This document shows, in pieces, positions 28,157 to 38,474 of a stretch of 64,000 bases of DNA. This DNA is from a bacterium (GTDB lineage Bacteria > UBA8248), in the NCBI GenBank assembly GCA_965207065.1, contig OZ242260.1:1280001-1344000 (forward strand). The letters run 5' to 3'. Position numbers and translations under genes: made by a program. The notes beneath the pieces were generated by a model. That model made no database searches and was not told the DNA's origin. It saw nothing but the letters and a program-made list of their open reading frames with translations. How positions within the stretch are numbered: the stretch's first letter is position 1; each line of letters opens with the position of its first letter.

Positions 28157-30319
28157 TTAGCCGCGACCTTGGTTGCGAGCATCCCATGCATCGAGAAAAC
28201 GTTGGATATCTTTTCTGTCTGCCTCTGGCAGCGTGGCATCATCTACAGCTTCTTCAAGCCTTTCTCGGAAATGATCGACATCCAAGAATCGATCTAGATT
28301 TCCTACTTTAACTTGATCAATTTGTTCAGGTACGAGATCTCCCAAGCCGCCAAAGCCTCCGATATTCTGACTATACGCTTTGCTCAAAAAAACTCTTGCG
28401 AGCTTTACCAATGTTGAGTTTTCTTCGACTATTTCTGCGCACCAAGATCGAACTTCTTTTTCATTATCATTTGTCATGTGACGCCATACGTAAAGTATAT
28501 ATTCGAGATTATCTTTATGTATCAAAGTACCATCTGTATGGGCTTCCCTGATTCGCTTAAGCGTATATTCTCGCATCTTCTGAGTATCGGGTTCGGTCAT
28601 GAGAAAATTTTCGGGAGGTTGTGGGTGCTCGTTCTTGGCTGGGTAATATTCATTATGAGCAAATAAACTGAGGTCGACCAACCATCCCAAAGTTGCGTTC
28701 TCTAATGCAGCCACTAATACAGCTGATCGTTTTTCAATAGTAAAGCGCTCATTGGTCAGTGCTCGTAAAAGCCAATGCAGTCGAAAGAAATTGTCCGATC
28801 GTTCGAAACCACGTCTTTCGTCAGCAGAGTTGTGTAATTTGTCAGCAATCGCAAAAAGTGATGAAAGCAGTGGCTCCACTTTTTCATCCGGAATATCGCC
28901 GCTTCTTATTTTTAATTCGTCAAGCAGAGACGAGGCCTTTGTTCTGCCATTTGTCTGTATAACGGAAAGCGCGTTCTCAAATGTTTTTTGAACAAATTCA
29001 CTATCGGTGGCTCGACTTATTATCTCGTCTATCTCTCTACGTGAGACCGTTTGTGATGAGAGGGAAAAACGAAAATAGGTATCGAAATGCTCTTCCGCGC
29101 AAGCGCGCCTCTGCCGAGACCACGGCTGGGTGTCGCTGTAGTGAGTGTTACTCCAAATGCCCTGAAGACGGGGAAACAATCGCATCATCGCGCGACGCAG
29201 TCGGTCTCTATCTTTCTCTGGTTCGTTGTTGATGAATATTTGGTTGTATTCAGTTTCCGCATTATTCTGGCTATAGTTTGCATCGTTGCTGGCTGTGCCC
29301 ACGAGAAGACCTTTGTTGTTACGGATAGACTGATACAATTTTGGCCTAAATAATCTCAAGGTTTCGAGTGCGATGAAATCGGGTATATCCACTTCTCCTC
29401 TGACTGCTCCCCAAGTGGTTGCGAGTATGTTGGATAGACGGAGGACATCGCGGGGAGTTGTCATCTCGGGTGCAATGGCTTCATGGAACAAGTTTCCGAA
29501 ATGAACTTGATCGGGTGGTTCTGTGTCAGAAAATATCCTGTCGAAATTTTCACTTAACATCGCATGCAGTTGTGAGGACTCCGGCTTAGGCAACTCGAAA
29601 CCGGCTTGGACGATTTTCTCCAGATAATGTGCTCCTTCCGAGGGATATCGCTCGGTGACAGCCTTTTCTAGAACGTCTCTATCGTAGGCCAGAAGATAGC
29701 AGACGTTGGGTAATCTACCCACGGATTTGACTAGGCGGAAGACTACTAGAGCTTCCTCTGGAGAAAGCCGATCAAGATCATCAATGATAACGAGAAATCT
29801 CTGAGCTTGATTCTTCAGCGCTTCGGAGACCTGTTTTTGTAGAGCTTCAGCCCCAGTATCGCTTTGGATGAATCCCTCTAGAATGCTTGTTGCAGATTTA
29901 GTAAATACTCCAGCTAGGGGGCTTACCGTGGCCCCAAGGATAGGTCCGAGTAAGTTTCCAGCACTGGCGGCATGTGCACCTAGCTTAACAAAAGCCTCTT
30001 TGGCTTTTTTTGAACGTGACAAACCTGGTTCCAACCCGGCATAGAGTTCCTTAAAGAACCCGACGGCGAGAGCGTCTTCGGTGCGATAATGCCAACATGG
30101 GAAAGAAATAACTCCAATGTCATGTGACGATATTTTGAGGTGATGCCGAACCAAGTTTATGGCGCTGCTTTTACCCGATCCCCATGGGCCGTAAATTGCA
30201 ACCACACTTCCGATTGGATCAGGAATAGTGTTGATGCAATCTGAAAGGGCTTTTGCGAAGGGTGTAAAGCCAAACTGATCTTGATCGGGATTTTCAATGG
30301 GCAGATCGTTGAAATTCAT
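28157..30319 (-). CDS. KAP family P-loop NTPase
   Basis: D.F.F.PFA, Walker A GPWGSGKS, Walker B VIIDDLDR, YLEKIVQ, TPRDV.R; more AT-rich than neighbours. Confidence 0.9.
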   Translation of the reverse strand: MNFNDLPIENPDQDQFGFTPFAKALSDCINTIPDPIGSVVAIYGPWGSGKSSAINLVRHHLKISSHDIGVISFPCWHYRTEDALAVGFFKELYAGLEPGLSRSKKAKEAFVKLGAHAASAGNLLGPILGATVSPLAGVFTKSATSILEGFIQSDTGAEALQKQVSEALKNQAQRFLVIIDDLDRLSPEEALVVFRLVKSVGRLPNVCYLLAYDRDVLEKAVTERYPSEGAHYLEKIVQAGFELPKPESSQLHAMLSENFDRIFSDTEPPDQVHFGNLFHEAIAPEMTTPRDVLRLSNILATTWGAVRGEVDIPDFIALETLRLFRPKLYQSIRNNKGLLVGTASNDANYSQNNAETEYNQIFINNEPEKDRDRLRRAMMRLFPRLQGIWSNTHYSDTQPWSRQRRACAEEHFDTYFRFSLSSQTVSRREIDEIISRATDSEFVQKTFENALSVIQTNGRTKASSLLDELKIRSGDIPDEKVEPLLSSLFAIADKLHNSADERRGFERSDNFFRLHWLLRALTNERFTIEKRSAVLVAALENATLGWLVDLSLFAHNEYYPAKNEHPQPPENFLMTEPDTQKMREYTLKRIREAHTDGTLIHKDNLEYILYVWRHMTNDNEKEVRSWCAEIVEENSTLVKLARVFLSKAYSQNIGGFGGLGDLVPEQIDQVKVGNLDRFLDVDHFRERLEEAVDDATLPEADRKDIQRFLDAWDARNQGRG

Positions 30320-30404
30320 TATTTGAAAAACCTGCTTGTCAAACACCATGGGCGGGTTAGTGCATAGTTACAAAACCCCTAAACCACCTCAACCCCTAAC
30401 CCCC

Positions 30405-31727
30405 CTAAAAGTTAGACTCCAGAATCCACACGCCGGCGCCCAGGCGTTCGCTGATGTAGGCCCTGCCGTCGGCGGCCATGTAGACGTCGTCCACCTGGAC
30501 TTGCAGGAGTTCGTAGTCTCTTCCCCACAGGGGGCGGATGGGGTCACGCCTGGGCGTTTCGGGCACGTAGTGGGCGACTTCCTTAGGCTTGAGCGGGTCT
30601 TCGATATCGAACACGCGCAGGCCCCCGTTGAACCAGGTCATGTAAACCCGGTTGTGATCTATGAGCGAATCCGGGCGGTTCTCGTGCAGGTTGTGCGGGC
30701 CGGAGCGTCCGCCGCGCTCGGCGTAATCGCCCTCGGGGTGCGGGAAGGTGGAGAGCACCTTCGGGTTTTTCTCATCGGTGATGTCCATCACGCGGATTTG
30801 TTTTTCGATGTCCTCCATGTCCTCCGCCGTGCATTCATCCGACACGATGCAGAGGTTCCGCTCCGGCAGGGGCAGTACCGAGTGCGTGGCCGAGCTCTCC
30901 TCGGGCGGCCACTGGGTGTGGCTGATGAGGGTCGGGTTCGTGATGTCGGCGATGTCCAGGATGATGAAGCCCGAATCCCACCACGCGCCGTAGGATCTAT
31001 CGCCCACGTTCATGGACATGTGTACGCAGGCGCGTTTTTTCTGCACGCCCTCGGGCGCCTCGCCGCCGAGCGGGATGTATTCGCCCTGTCTGTTTTTCTT
31101 GAAGCGGAACTGGCCCATCTGGTACCAGTCGCGCTCCTCGTCGTTCCGCATGCCCGGCATCGCCCAGCGGCCCACCTCCCTGGGCCGGGTGGGGTCCTTG
31201 AGATCGATGATCTTCAGGAACTGATCGATGTAATCATCGTCGCCCGCGGTCAGGAACGCGTAGCGCCCGTCGCCGAACCAGAACCGGTGCACCCCGCGAC
31301 CTCCTGTATGGAAATAGCCCAGCGGGCGGAGTTCGGGCAGGTTCGATACGTCGTAGATGTCGATTCCCGCCTTGAAGGGCTCGAAATCGGGGCCGCGTCC
31401 GCCGAACTGCTCGTTGTTGACGACCATGATGTCGCCCACGATCTGGAGCTTGTTGTTGTGCGTGTTGCGCGGGGCGGGAATCTGGTTCACGACTTTGGGC
31501 TTCCGGGGGTCCGAGGCGTCGATGACGCTCGTGCCCGCGCCGGACATGCCCACGTGGCCGCAGAGAATGAAGTCGTCCTTCACGAGAAGCTGCATGACGT
31601 CGCCCTTGTTGCGGCCGCCGAAATCGCAGTGGCCCAGGAGCTTGAAGCCGTTCGCTTCCTCGGGGGTCATCTCCTTGCCCGGTTTCCCGCGCCCCGGCGG
31701 GAGGGCCGGGTCCGGCGTGCATTCCAT
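30405..31727 (-). CDS. LVIVD-repeat beta-propeller protein
   Basis: Repeated (V/I)ID.SDP..P..V units, e.g. IIDLKDPTRP, ILDIADITNP, VFDIEDPLKP; His-rich. Confidence 0.82.
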   Translation of the reverse strand: MECTPDPALPPGRGKPGKEMTPEEANGFKLLGHCDFGGRNKGDVMQLLVKDDFILCGHVGMSGAGTSVIDASDPRKPKVVNQIPAPRNTHNNKLQIVGDIMVVNNEQFGGRGPDFEPFKAGIDIYDVSNLPELRPLGYFHTGGRGVHRFWFGDGRYAFLTAGDDDYIDQFLKIIDLKDPTRPREVGRWAMPGMRNDEERDWYQMGQFRFKKNRQGEYIPLGGEAPEGVQKKRACVHMSMNVGDRSYGAWWDSGFIILDIADITNPTLISHTQWPPEESSATHSVLPLPERNLCIVSDECTAEDMEDIEKQIRVMDITDEKNPKVLSTFPHPEGDYAERGGRSGPHNLHENRPDSLIDHNRVYMTWFNGGLRVFDIEDPLKPKEVAHYVPETPRRDPIRPLWGRDYELLQVQVDDVYMAADGRAYISERLGAGVWILESNF

Positions 31728-31839
31728 GTCATTCCCCTTGCTCGATGAGATGGCGGGATTATACCCGCGCCGGTGGCGAATCGGCCAGCGATGACGAACC
31801 TGTGGAAGAATGCGCCATCGAACGACGCCTCTGCGTCTC

Positions 31840-31972
31840 GGGGCTGTTGAAGATGGCCCCCGAAAGTGTTGTTGCCCCCTCAATGGGGGTATGCACCGGA
31901 ATGACGAGCAAAACCGCACCATCTCTTAAGGGCAGGACGCGACCTCGGACAGGCACAGGGGCCTGTCCCTAC
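31840..31972. repeat. Partial MITE end plus GTAG-type REP
   Basis: GGGGCTGTTGAAGA at 31840; GGACAGGCACAGGGGCCTGTCCCTAC at 31947-31972, the reverse-orientation copy of the REP at 20322. Confidence 0.65.
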
Positions 31973-32671
31973 GGCTCTCTCTCCGGTTGGTTCCAGCCGC
32001 TAAAACATGAAATCAGGACTTTTTCATCAAGAAACCCCGCCCCGCCCGGAAGAATTCCTCGCTCCTCGCCCGGAATTCACCCCGCATTTCCGCGCATTTA
32101 CGGTTATCGCCCGGCGTCGGGGTGCGGCAGAATCTCACGCCAGTAGCGCAGAGGAGATATTCTCATGGACGCGAGGAACCCGGAAAAGGGAAAGCGGCGG
32201 CAGGCCCCTCACCAGGGAAGACCGGCCGGCTCCGTTGGGCCGGCAATCCTTATCCCGGCGATCGGGACCGCTCTTTCGCGCCCGGGGATCGGCCGTGAAG
32301 AACGCGCCGCGAATTTCGATAAAATACCGAACAATACGATAAATACAGATAAATTCACGGGGTTTTTCGATAAAAAAAGAAAGCGGGAGAATATTGTAAC
32401 GCATTGTAATAAAATGATTTGTTTCATATATCTGGGCGCGGGCGACTCAAATATGAGCGCAAATTTATTTCGCGCGCCGCATTTGCGATGAATTGCGCGG
32501 CTCTCCCCGCATTTGCCCGCAACCGCCCGCCGCCGAAGCCGGGTCGTTCAATAGCCTCCAGGGGGGAGTGACTGCATCGTTCCCTGCCAGGCCCGGACCC
32601 TCCTCCCACACGGTCGGGACATGTATGTAATTCCCGTTTATTTTCACGGGCTTTTTATGTAGGCTCCCTCC

Positions 32672-32950
32672 ATGCCGAAACTATCCCTGAACCGCTTGAT
32701 CCACGACATCCAGCCGCTCGATAAGCGCGAGGCGTTCCTGCGCGACCCGCACGAGTTCGCGCGGGGGTATGACTTGAGCGACGCCGAACTGGCGGCGGTC
32801 CGCGATTCCGACATGCGTGCGCTGTGGAGCTTCGGCGCGAACCCCTACCTGCTGCGGGTGCTGCAGATGCGATCAGGCATATCGGATGAAGACTTCCGGG
32901 CGGCGCTGGCGGGCCTCTCCTATCCGAGGCCTGATGAGGGGGAAATATAA
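32672..32950 (+). CDS. LigA-like small subunit of class III extradiol dioxygenase
   Basis: F..DP......YDLS..E..AV...D...L...GANPYLL; directly upstream of LigB-like gene. Confidence 0.75.
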   Translation: MPKLSLNRLIHDIQPLDKREAFLRDPHEFARGYDLSDAELAAVRDSDMRALWSFGANPYLLRVLQMRSGISDEDFRAALAGLSYPRPDEGEI

Positions 32951-32951
32951 G

Positions 32952-33779
32952 GTGGCGGAGATCGTCGGGGTCTTCGCGGCCAGCCACACGCCCCTGTTCC
33001 TGCTGCGGCACGATGCGCCCGCAGAAGACGTGAGAGAAGAGGTTTTCTCCGCCTACCGCAGGATGGCGCGGGAGATCGTGGCGCGGGGCGCCGAAGCGCT
33101 GGTGCTTCTGGGAAACGACCATCTGCACGCCTTTTCCATGGACAGATACCCCGCCCTGGCAATCGGCGCGGGGCCTCGCTTCGGGCCGGTCGAGACGGAA
33201 CCTTTCCTGCCGAGCGATGTATACGAAGGGGCTGAGGAGCTGGCTTCCCACCTGGCGCGCGGTCTGCTGGCGAACGGCTTCGACCCCCTGGTTTGCCGGG
33301 AATTGCCGCTCGATCATTCCTTCGTCTCGCCACTGGCGCTCATGGGCGATACGGGTCTCCCCATCGTGCCTGTGCTTCAAAACACGGTGGCCCCGCCCCT
33401 GCCGCCCGCCGCGCGGTCTTATGAACTCGGCGTATCGCTCAGGCGATTGATAGAGGGCTATGCGGGACACGAGCGCGTGGCCGTCGTGGCGACGGGCGCG
33501 CCTTCGCACTGGATAGGGACCCCCGAGCAGGGGGAAATCGACGAGGCGTGGGACCGCGATGTGATCGACTTGCTGCGCGGCGCGGACGCGAAGGGTCTTT
33601 CCGCGTGGCCGCAGGCCAGAATCGATGAGGGCGGCAACGGGGGCAATGAGATCAGGACGTGGATATCCGCCGCCGCCATGAGCGGGGACACGGAGGCGAA
33701 TCTTTGGGTATACCGGATAGAACCCCTGTGGTTTCTGGGGGTGACGGTAATCGAGTGGCCCATCGGGCCTGCTCTTTGA
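32952..33779 (+). CDS. LigB-like class III extradiol ring-cleavage dioxygenase
   Basis: ASHTP, GNDH, LDHS, SHW, NEIRTW motifs; GTG start at 32952. Confidence 0.88.
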   Translation: MAEIVGVFAASHTPLFLLRHDAPAEDVREEVFSAYRRMAREIVARGAEALVLLGNDHLHAFSMDRYPALAIGAGPRFGPVETEPFLPSDVYEGAEELASHLARGLLANGFDPLVCRELPLDHSFVSPLALMGDTGLPIVPVLQNTVAPPLPPAARSYELGVSLRRLIEGYAGHERVAVVATGAPSHWIGTPEQGEIDEAWDRDVIDLLRGADAKGLSAWPQARIDEGGNGGNEIRTWISAAAMSGDTEANLWVYRIEPLWFLGVTVIEWPIGPAL

Positions 33780-33803
33780 GCGACAACAAAGGAGGATGAG
33801 GGA

Positions 33804-34793
33804 ATGCCGAAAGCGGTACTTTTTGACGAACTCGGTGGTGCGGACGTGCTCCGCGTGGCGGAGGTTCCGGAGCTCGAGCCGGGAGAGGGCGAGGTGCGCA
33901 TCAAAGTTGAGACGATAGGACTCAACCGGGCGGAGATTCTCTTCCGCCATGGCCGCTACCACGACAAGCCCGAGTTCCCCTCCCGTATCGGTTACGAGGC
34001 TTGCGGGGCGATAGACGCCGTGGGTCCGGGCGTGGAGGACCTTGCGTTGGGCGATCGCGTAAGTACGATTCCCTGCTTCTCGATGGTGGAGCACGGCGTG
34101 TGCGGTGAGCAGGCGGTCGTGCCGGCGTTCGCCGCCGCCCGCTATCCGGACAGACTGACGCCCGCCGAGGGCGCTTCCATCTGGATGCAGTATTTCACCG
34201 CATACGGCGCGCTCATCGAGTTCGGGAAGGTGGGGGAAGGCGACACCGTGTTGCTCACCGCGGCGAGCAGCAGCGTCGGGGTCGCGGCGATCCAGATTGC
34301 GAAATCAGTGGGCGCGCGCGTCATCGCCACGACGCGCGGAGCGGGAAAGAAGGATTTTCTTCTGAACATCGGTGCTGATCGCGTTGTCGTGACGGATGAG
34401 GAGGATCTGGCCGAGCGGGTGATGGAGATCACGGGCGGCGCGGGCGCCGACGTCATCTTCGACCCCGTCGTCGGGTCTACGCTGCCGAAACTCGCCGATG
34501 CGGCGGCATACCAGGGCTCGATTTTCCTCTATGGCCGACTCTCACCCGAGCCTGCGGAAATTCCACTGTTCCCGGCTCTCCGGAGAGGGCTGACCTTCCG
34601 GTGCTATACGATCATGGAGATCACCAAATTCCCGGAAAAAAGAGAGCGTGGGAAGAAATTCATCTACGACGGCCTCGAATCGGGCGCGCTCAAGCCCATC
34701 ATCGCCAAGACGTTTCCGCTTGACGAGGCGGCGGGGGCGTACGAGTACATGGCGTCGAACCAGCAGATGGGCAAGATAGTCGTCGAGGTGTAG
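33804..34793 (+). CDS. Zinc-independent MDR / quinone oxidoreductase-like protein
   Basis: GLNRAE, GYE..G, TAASSSVG, GKIVV. Confidence 0.9.
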   Translation: MPKAVLFDELGGADVLRVAEVPELEPGEGEVRIKVETIGLNRAEILFRHGRYHDKPEFPSRIGYEACGAIDAVGPGVEDLALGDRVSTIPCFSMVEHGVCGEQAVVPAFAAARYPDRLTPAEGASIWMQYFTAYGALIEFGKVGEGDTVLLTAASSSVGVAAIQIAKSVGARVIATTRGAGKKDFLLNIGADRVVVTDEEDLAERVMEITGGAGADVIFDPVVGSTLPKLADAAAYQGSIFLYGRLSPEPAEIPLFPALRRGLTFRCYTIMEITKFPEKRERGKKFIYDGLESGALKPIIAKTFPLDEAAGAYEYMASNQQMGKIVVEV

Positions 34794-34799
34794 GCTGGT

Positions 34800-36455
34800 C
34801 TACCCGAACGGACGGGGGTGGGAGTAGCCCATCTCCTCGCTCGTGATGAACTCGAGCAGAGCGGGCGTTCCCTCTTCGGTTTTTATTCTCGCCTCTATGA
34901 ACGCTGCGCCGACCTCACCAGGCTCCTCCACGCGCTTCGCCCAGCCGCCCAGCGCTCTGGCAATGTCGGCATATTCGCCGCCCACGTCGCGCGTGCCGTA
35001 TTTCTCGTGAGAAAGCGCCATGTGGCTGGTCTCGACCGCCATGGTGGAGTTTTTGAGCACCACCGTGCAGATGGGGAGGTTCTCGCGCACGGCGGTCTCG
35101 AAATCGAGCCCGGTCATGCCGAACGCCGCATCGCCCATGAAGTTCACGCAGAACTTATCGGGCGCAGCCAGCTTGGCGCCCATGGCGAGGCCGAGCCCGG
35201 TGCCGAGCTGGTGGGATTTCCCCCAGCCAAGGTAAGACCTCGGCGTGTCGCACAGATACATGGGCAGCATCTCGTACCGCGGGTTCCCCGAATCGTGGGT
35301 GGCGATGGCTTCTGCGGGCGGGATGTTCTGCATCAACTCCCAGATGACGCGATAAGGGTTGATGGGTTTTTCGTTTGAGGTGAGCTTGGGCGCCCATTCA
35401 TCGAGCCAGGCCTTTCGCGCATTCGCCACCTGCGCCTGCACACCTTCGCGCTCGCTTCTTTCTGTTCCCTTCACCTGCTCGGCGCAACAGTCGATGAACT
35501 GGCGCAGCACGAGCTTCGCATCGCCGAGCACGGGATGATCGGCAGCGTAGTTCTTGTTGATGTCGACGGGGTCGTTCGTCGCGTGGATGATGGTTTTTCC
35601 GCCGGGCACGCGCGTGGCGAGGCCGTGGTCGGTTAGACTCGTGCCGACGGCGAATACGAGGTCCGCGTCTTTTAGAAAATGATAGGCGGGACCCGCCATG
35701 ACGCTCGAGCCGACGCCGAGGGCGAGGGGATGGTTCCTCTCCGAAATGGCGCTTTTGCCCTCCATGGTGGTCAACACGGGAATCTGGAGGAATTCCGCCA
35801 GCTCACGCAGCTCATCGGTGGCCTCGGCGTAGAGCACGCCCGCGCCCGCCAGGATCACCGGACGCTCGGCCACCAGCAGCGCTTGGATTGCGCTCTCGAC
35901 GTCCTTTGGGTCGCCCTGTGCGCGCGTTCGCTTCACGGGTTTGTAGCCGTTTAGCATATCTTCCGAGACTTCCGCGCCGGCCACGTCTTCCGGCAACTCC
36001 ACGAGCACGGGGCCGGGACGTCCGTTCCTCATCGCATGAAAGGCGCGGCGCATGGCGTCCGCTGCCCGTTCGGGCACGATAATCTGCTCGGCTGATTTCG
36101 TCACCGAGGCGTAGGAGTCGACGGAACTGAACATGGGGAACACGCGGTCGCGCCCCCTGGCGTGGCCCAGGGGGAGCAGCAGCATGGGTGTGGAATCCGA
36201 ATACGCGGTGGAGATGCCTGGAAAGGCGTTTTCCGCCCCCGGCCCGTACTGCATGGTGAACACCGAAGGCGCTGCGCCGTTGGTGACGCGGGCGAAGCCG
36301 TCCGCGATGCCCACCCCCACGCGCTCCTGGCGGCAGACGATAGGGCGGATTCCGACCGCGGCGGCCGCTTCGATCTGGACGGTGGTAGGGTAGCAGTTCA
36401 GATGTTCCGCCCCTTCGCGCTTCAGGATTCCGGCGATGACGTCGACGACGCGCAT
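34800..36455 (-). CDS. Thiamine-diphosphate-dependent enzyme
   Basis: RQER, QYGPGAEN, GDAAFGM...N; start MRVVD at 36455. Confidence 0.9.
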   Translation of the reverse strand: MRVVDVIAGILKREGAEHLNCYPTTVQIEAAAAVGIRPIVCRQERVGVGIADGFARVTNGAAPSVFTMQYGPGAENAFPGISTAYSDSTPMLLLPLGHARGRDRVFPMFSSVDSYASVTKSAEQIIVPERAADAMRRAFHAMRNGRPGPVLVELPEDVAGAEVSEDMLNGYKPVKRTRAQGDPKDVESAIQALLVAERPVILAGAGVLYAEATDELRELAEFLQIPVLTTMEGKSAISERNHPLALGVGSSVMAGPAYHFLKDADLVFAVGTSLTDHGLATRVPGGKTIIHATNDPVDINKNYAADHPVLGDAKLVLRQFIDCCAEQVKGTERSEREGVQAQVANARKAWLDEWAPKLTSNEKPINPYRVIWELMQNIPPAEAIATHDSGNPRYEMLPMYLCDTPRSYLGWGKSHQLGTGLGLAMGAKLAAPDKFCVNFMGDAAFGMTGLDFETAVRENLPICTVVLKNSTMAVETSHMALSHEKYGTRDVGGEYADIARALGGWAKRVEEPGEVGAAFIEARIKTEEGTPALLEFITSEEMGYSHPRPFG

Positions 36456-36636
36456 GTGGCTTCTCCTATCGGTTCGGTGGGTGTGTCTCGTCCGGTGGGT
36501 CGAGTTTCTCACAAGTTGTGCTTTAAGGAAATTTCCGCGCACGGGAGCGCGCACGGGCGGATTTCGCTACAATGCGTGTCCATCTTGTGAAAATTCACGG
36601 AGCGATAGCGACATTTCAGCAAAAGGAAACCCGGCC

Positions 36637-37404
36637 ATGGTGAATCGAGAAGCAACCACGTATGAAGTGAAAAACCACGTCGCGTATCTCACCCTGAACA
36701 GGCCCGAGAAGAAAAACGCCATCAACTACGCCATGCGCAAGGAGGTGCAGGACGCCTACGTGGACATCAAGCACAACCCGGACATCTGGGTGGCCATCAT
36801 CACGGCGGCGGGAGACGTTTTCTGCTCGGGCAAGGACATCGTGGAGAAGATGCCCGAGAGCGATGCTCAAGTGATGTCGAACGATGAGCTCTATCTTTAT
36901 CTCCGGTATCTCTACAAGCCCGTCATCTGCGCGATCAACGGCCCCTGCCTGGCCCAGGGGGCGGGCTTTGCGCTGAACTCCGACATCCTGATTTTTTCAG
37001 AGCGCGGCTCCATGGGCTGGCCGCAGGTGCTGAGGGGGATATCTTCCGTGAGCGGCCCCGCCATGTGCGCGCACGCGATTCCCTGGACGCAGGCGATGAG
37101 CTACCTGATGCGCGGGAAGTTCATCCCTGCGGATGAGTGCCTTCGCCTGGGCATAGCCACCGAGGTGGTACCGCACGAGGAGCTTCTGCCGACGGCTGTG
37201 CGCTACGCGCACGAAATCCTGGAAGCCGCGCCCATGGCGGTTTGCGCCATTAAGGAGGCGGCGCGCCGGGGCGAGGACCTGGGCTATAAGGACAGGGTCT
37301 ACATGTCGCGCGACGTGGCGGACCGCATCCTGAACACGGAGGATTCGAAAGAGGGAATCCTCGCCTTCCGCGAGAAGAGAAAGCCCGAATGGCGCGGTAG
37401 ATAG
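36637..37404 (+). CDS. Crotonase (enoyl-CoA hydratase/isomerase) family protein
   Basis: LNRPEKKNA, FCSG.D, KPVICAING, EG..AF.EKR.P.W. Confidence 0.9.
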   Translation: MVNREATTYEVKNHVAYLTLNRPEKKNAINYAMRKEVQDAYVDIKHNPDIWVAIITAAGDVFCSGKDIVEKMPESDAQVMSNDELYLYLRYLYKPVICAINGPCLAQGAGFALNSDILIFSERGSMGWPQVLRGISSVSGPAMCAHAIPWTQAMSYLMRGKFIPADECLRLGIATEVVPHEELLPTAVRYAHEILEAAPMAVCAIKEAARRGEDLGYKDRVYMSRDVADRILNTEDSKEGILAFREKRKPEWRGR

Positions 37405-37466
37405 GCTGCAATTTCCCATATTTTTCTCAATACAGACAAGAACGAATGAAATGGAGATGAAAGCGG

Positions 37467-38468
37467 ATGAGCGATAAACCCGTGGTCTGGGTGGGAACCC
37501 CATTTATCCTGAATTTCGATGACCCGATGGAGATTTTTGAGCCCCTGGTGGAGGAGGGGCTGGAGGTTCGCCTGGACGAGTGCCGGGGCTACATGCCCGA
37601 GGAAGACGTGATCGCGGCCCTGCCGGACGTCACGGCCGTCATCGCGGGGGCGGAGCCTTATACGGCCAAAGTGATGGACAACGCGCCCGAGGTGAGATTC
37701 ATCGTGCGCGCCGGCGTGGGCCTGAACAACGTCGACATCCCGGCGGCCACCGAGCGGGGCATTCTCGTCGCGAACTCGGCGGGACAGAACTCCCAGTCCG
37801 TGGCGGAGCACCTCTTCGGCCTGCTGCTCTGCGCCGTCCGGCGCATCGGCTGGCTGGACGTGAACATCCGCAAGGGCCTCTGGCGGGAGATTCAGCCGCC
37901 CATGCGCCCTTTGAACGGAATGACCATGGGGATACTGGGATTCGGGAACATCGGCAAGCAGGTGGCGAAACGGGCCGTCGCCTTCGACATGAACGTGATC
38001 GCCCACGACATCGTGCAAGATGAGGAGACGGCGAATGCGCTGGGCGTGCGCTTCGTGAGCCTGGAAGAACTGGCGAGGGAATCGGACTACCTCACCTGCC
38101 ACGTGCCGCTGACGCCCGAGACGACGCACATCATAAACCGTGAGATTTTAAGCCTCATGAAGCCCGATGCCTACGTCTTCAACACTTCTCGGGGTCCCGT
38201 CTTCGACCTGGACGCTGTTACGGAGGCTCTGCAAGAGGGTGTCATCCGGGGCGCAGGAATCGACGTGTTCCCCGAGGAGCCGCCCGATTATTCGCATCCC
38301 GTATTCGCGCTCGAGAATGCCGTGCTCGCCCCCCACTTGGGCGGCCGGGGCGAGGATGCGATTCGCAACACGCTCCACCACGCGACCAGGTGCGTGCTCG
38401 CCTACTTCCGGGGCGAGCGGCCTTCCACCCTCGTAAACCCCGAAGCCTACGGGGTGCGGGGGAGGTGA
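37467..38468 (+). CDS. Phosphoglycerate dehydrogenase-like D-2-hydroxyacid dehydrogenase
   Basis: RAGVG.NNVD, GFGNIG, NTSRG, DVF.EEP, PHLGG. Confidence 0.92.
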   Translation: MSDKPVVWVGTPFILNFDDPMEIFEPLVEEGLEVRLDECRGYMPEEDVIAALPDVTAVIAGAEPYTAKVMDNAPEVRFIVRAGVGLNNVDIPAATERGILVANSAGQNSQSVAEHLFGLLLCAVRRIGWLDVNIRKGLWREIQPPMRPLNGMTMGILGFGNIGKQVAKRAVAFDMNVIAHDIVQDEETANALGVRFVSLEELARESDYLTCHVPLTPETTHIINREILSLMKPDAYVFNTSRGPVFDLDAVTEALQEGVIRGAGIDVFPEEPPDYSHPVFALENAVLAPHLGGRGEDAIRNTLHHATRCVLAYFRGERPSTLVNPEAYGVRGR

Positions 38469-38474
38469 GGCCTG

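Noticed and set aside
31990-32660. ORFs or ncRNA in the gap between the LVIVD and ligA-like genes
   Set aside because: Short ORFs lack motifs; the AT-rich core looks like a divergent promoter region and no structure could be supported.
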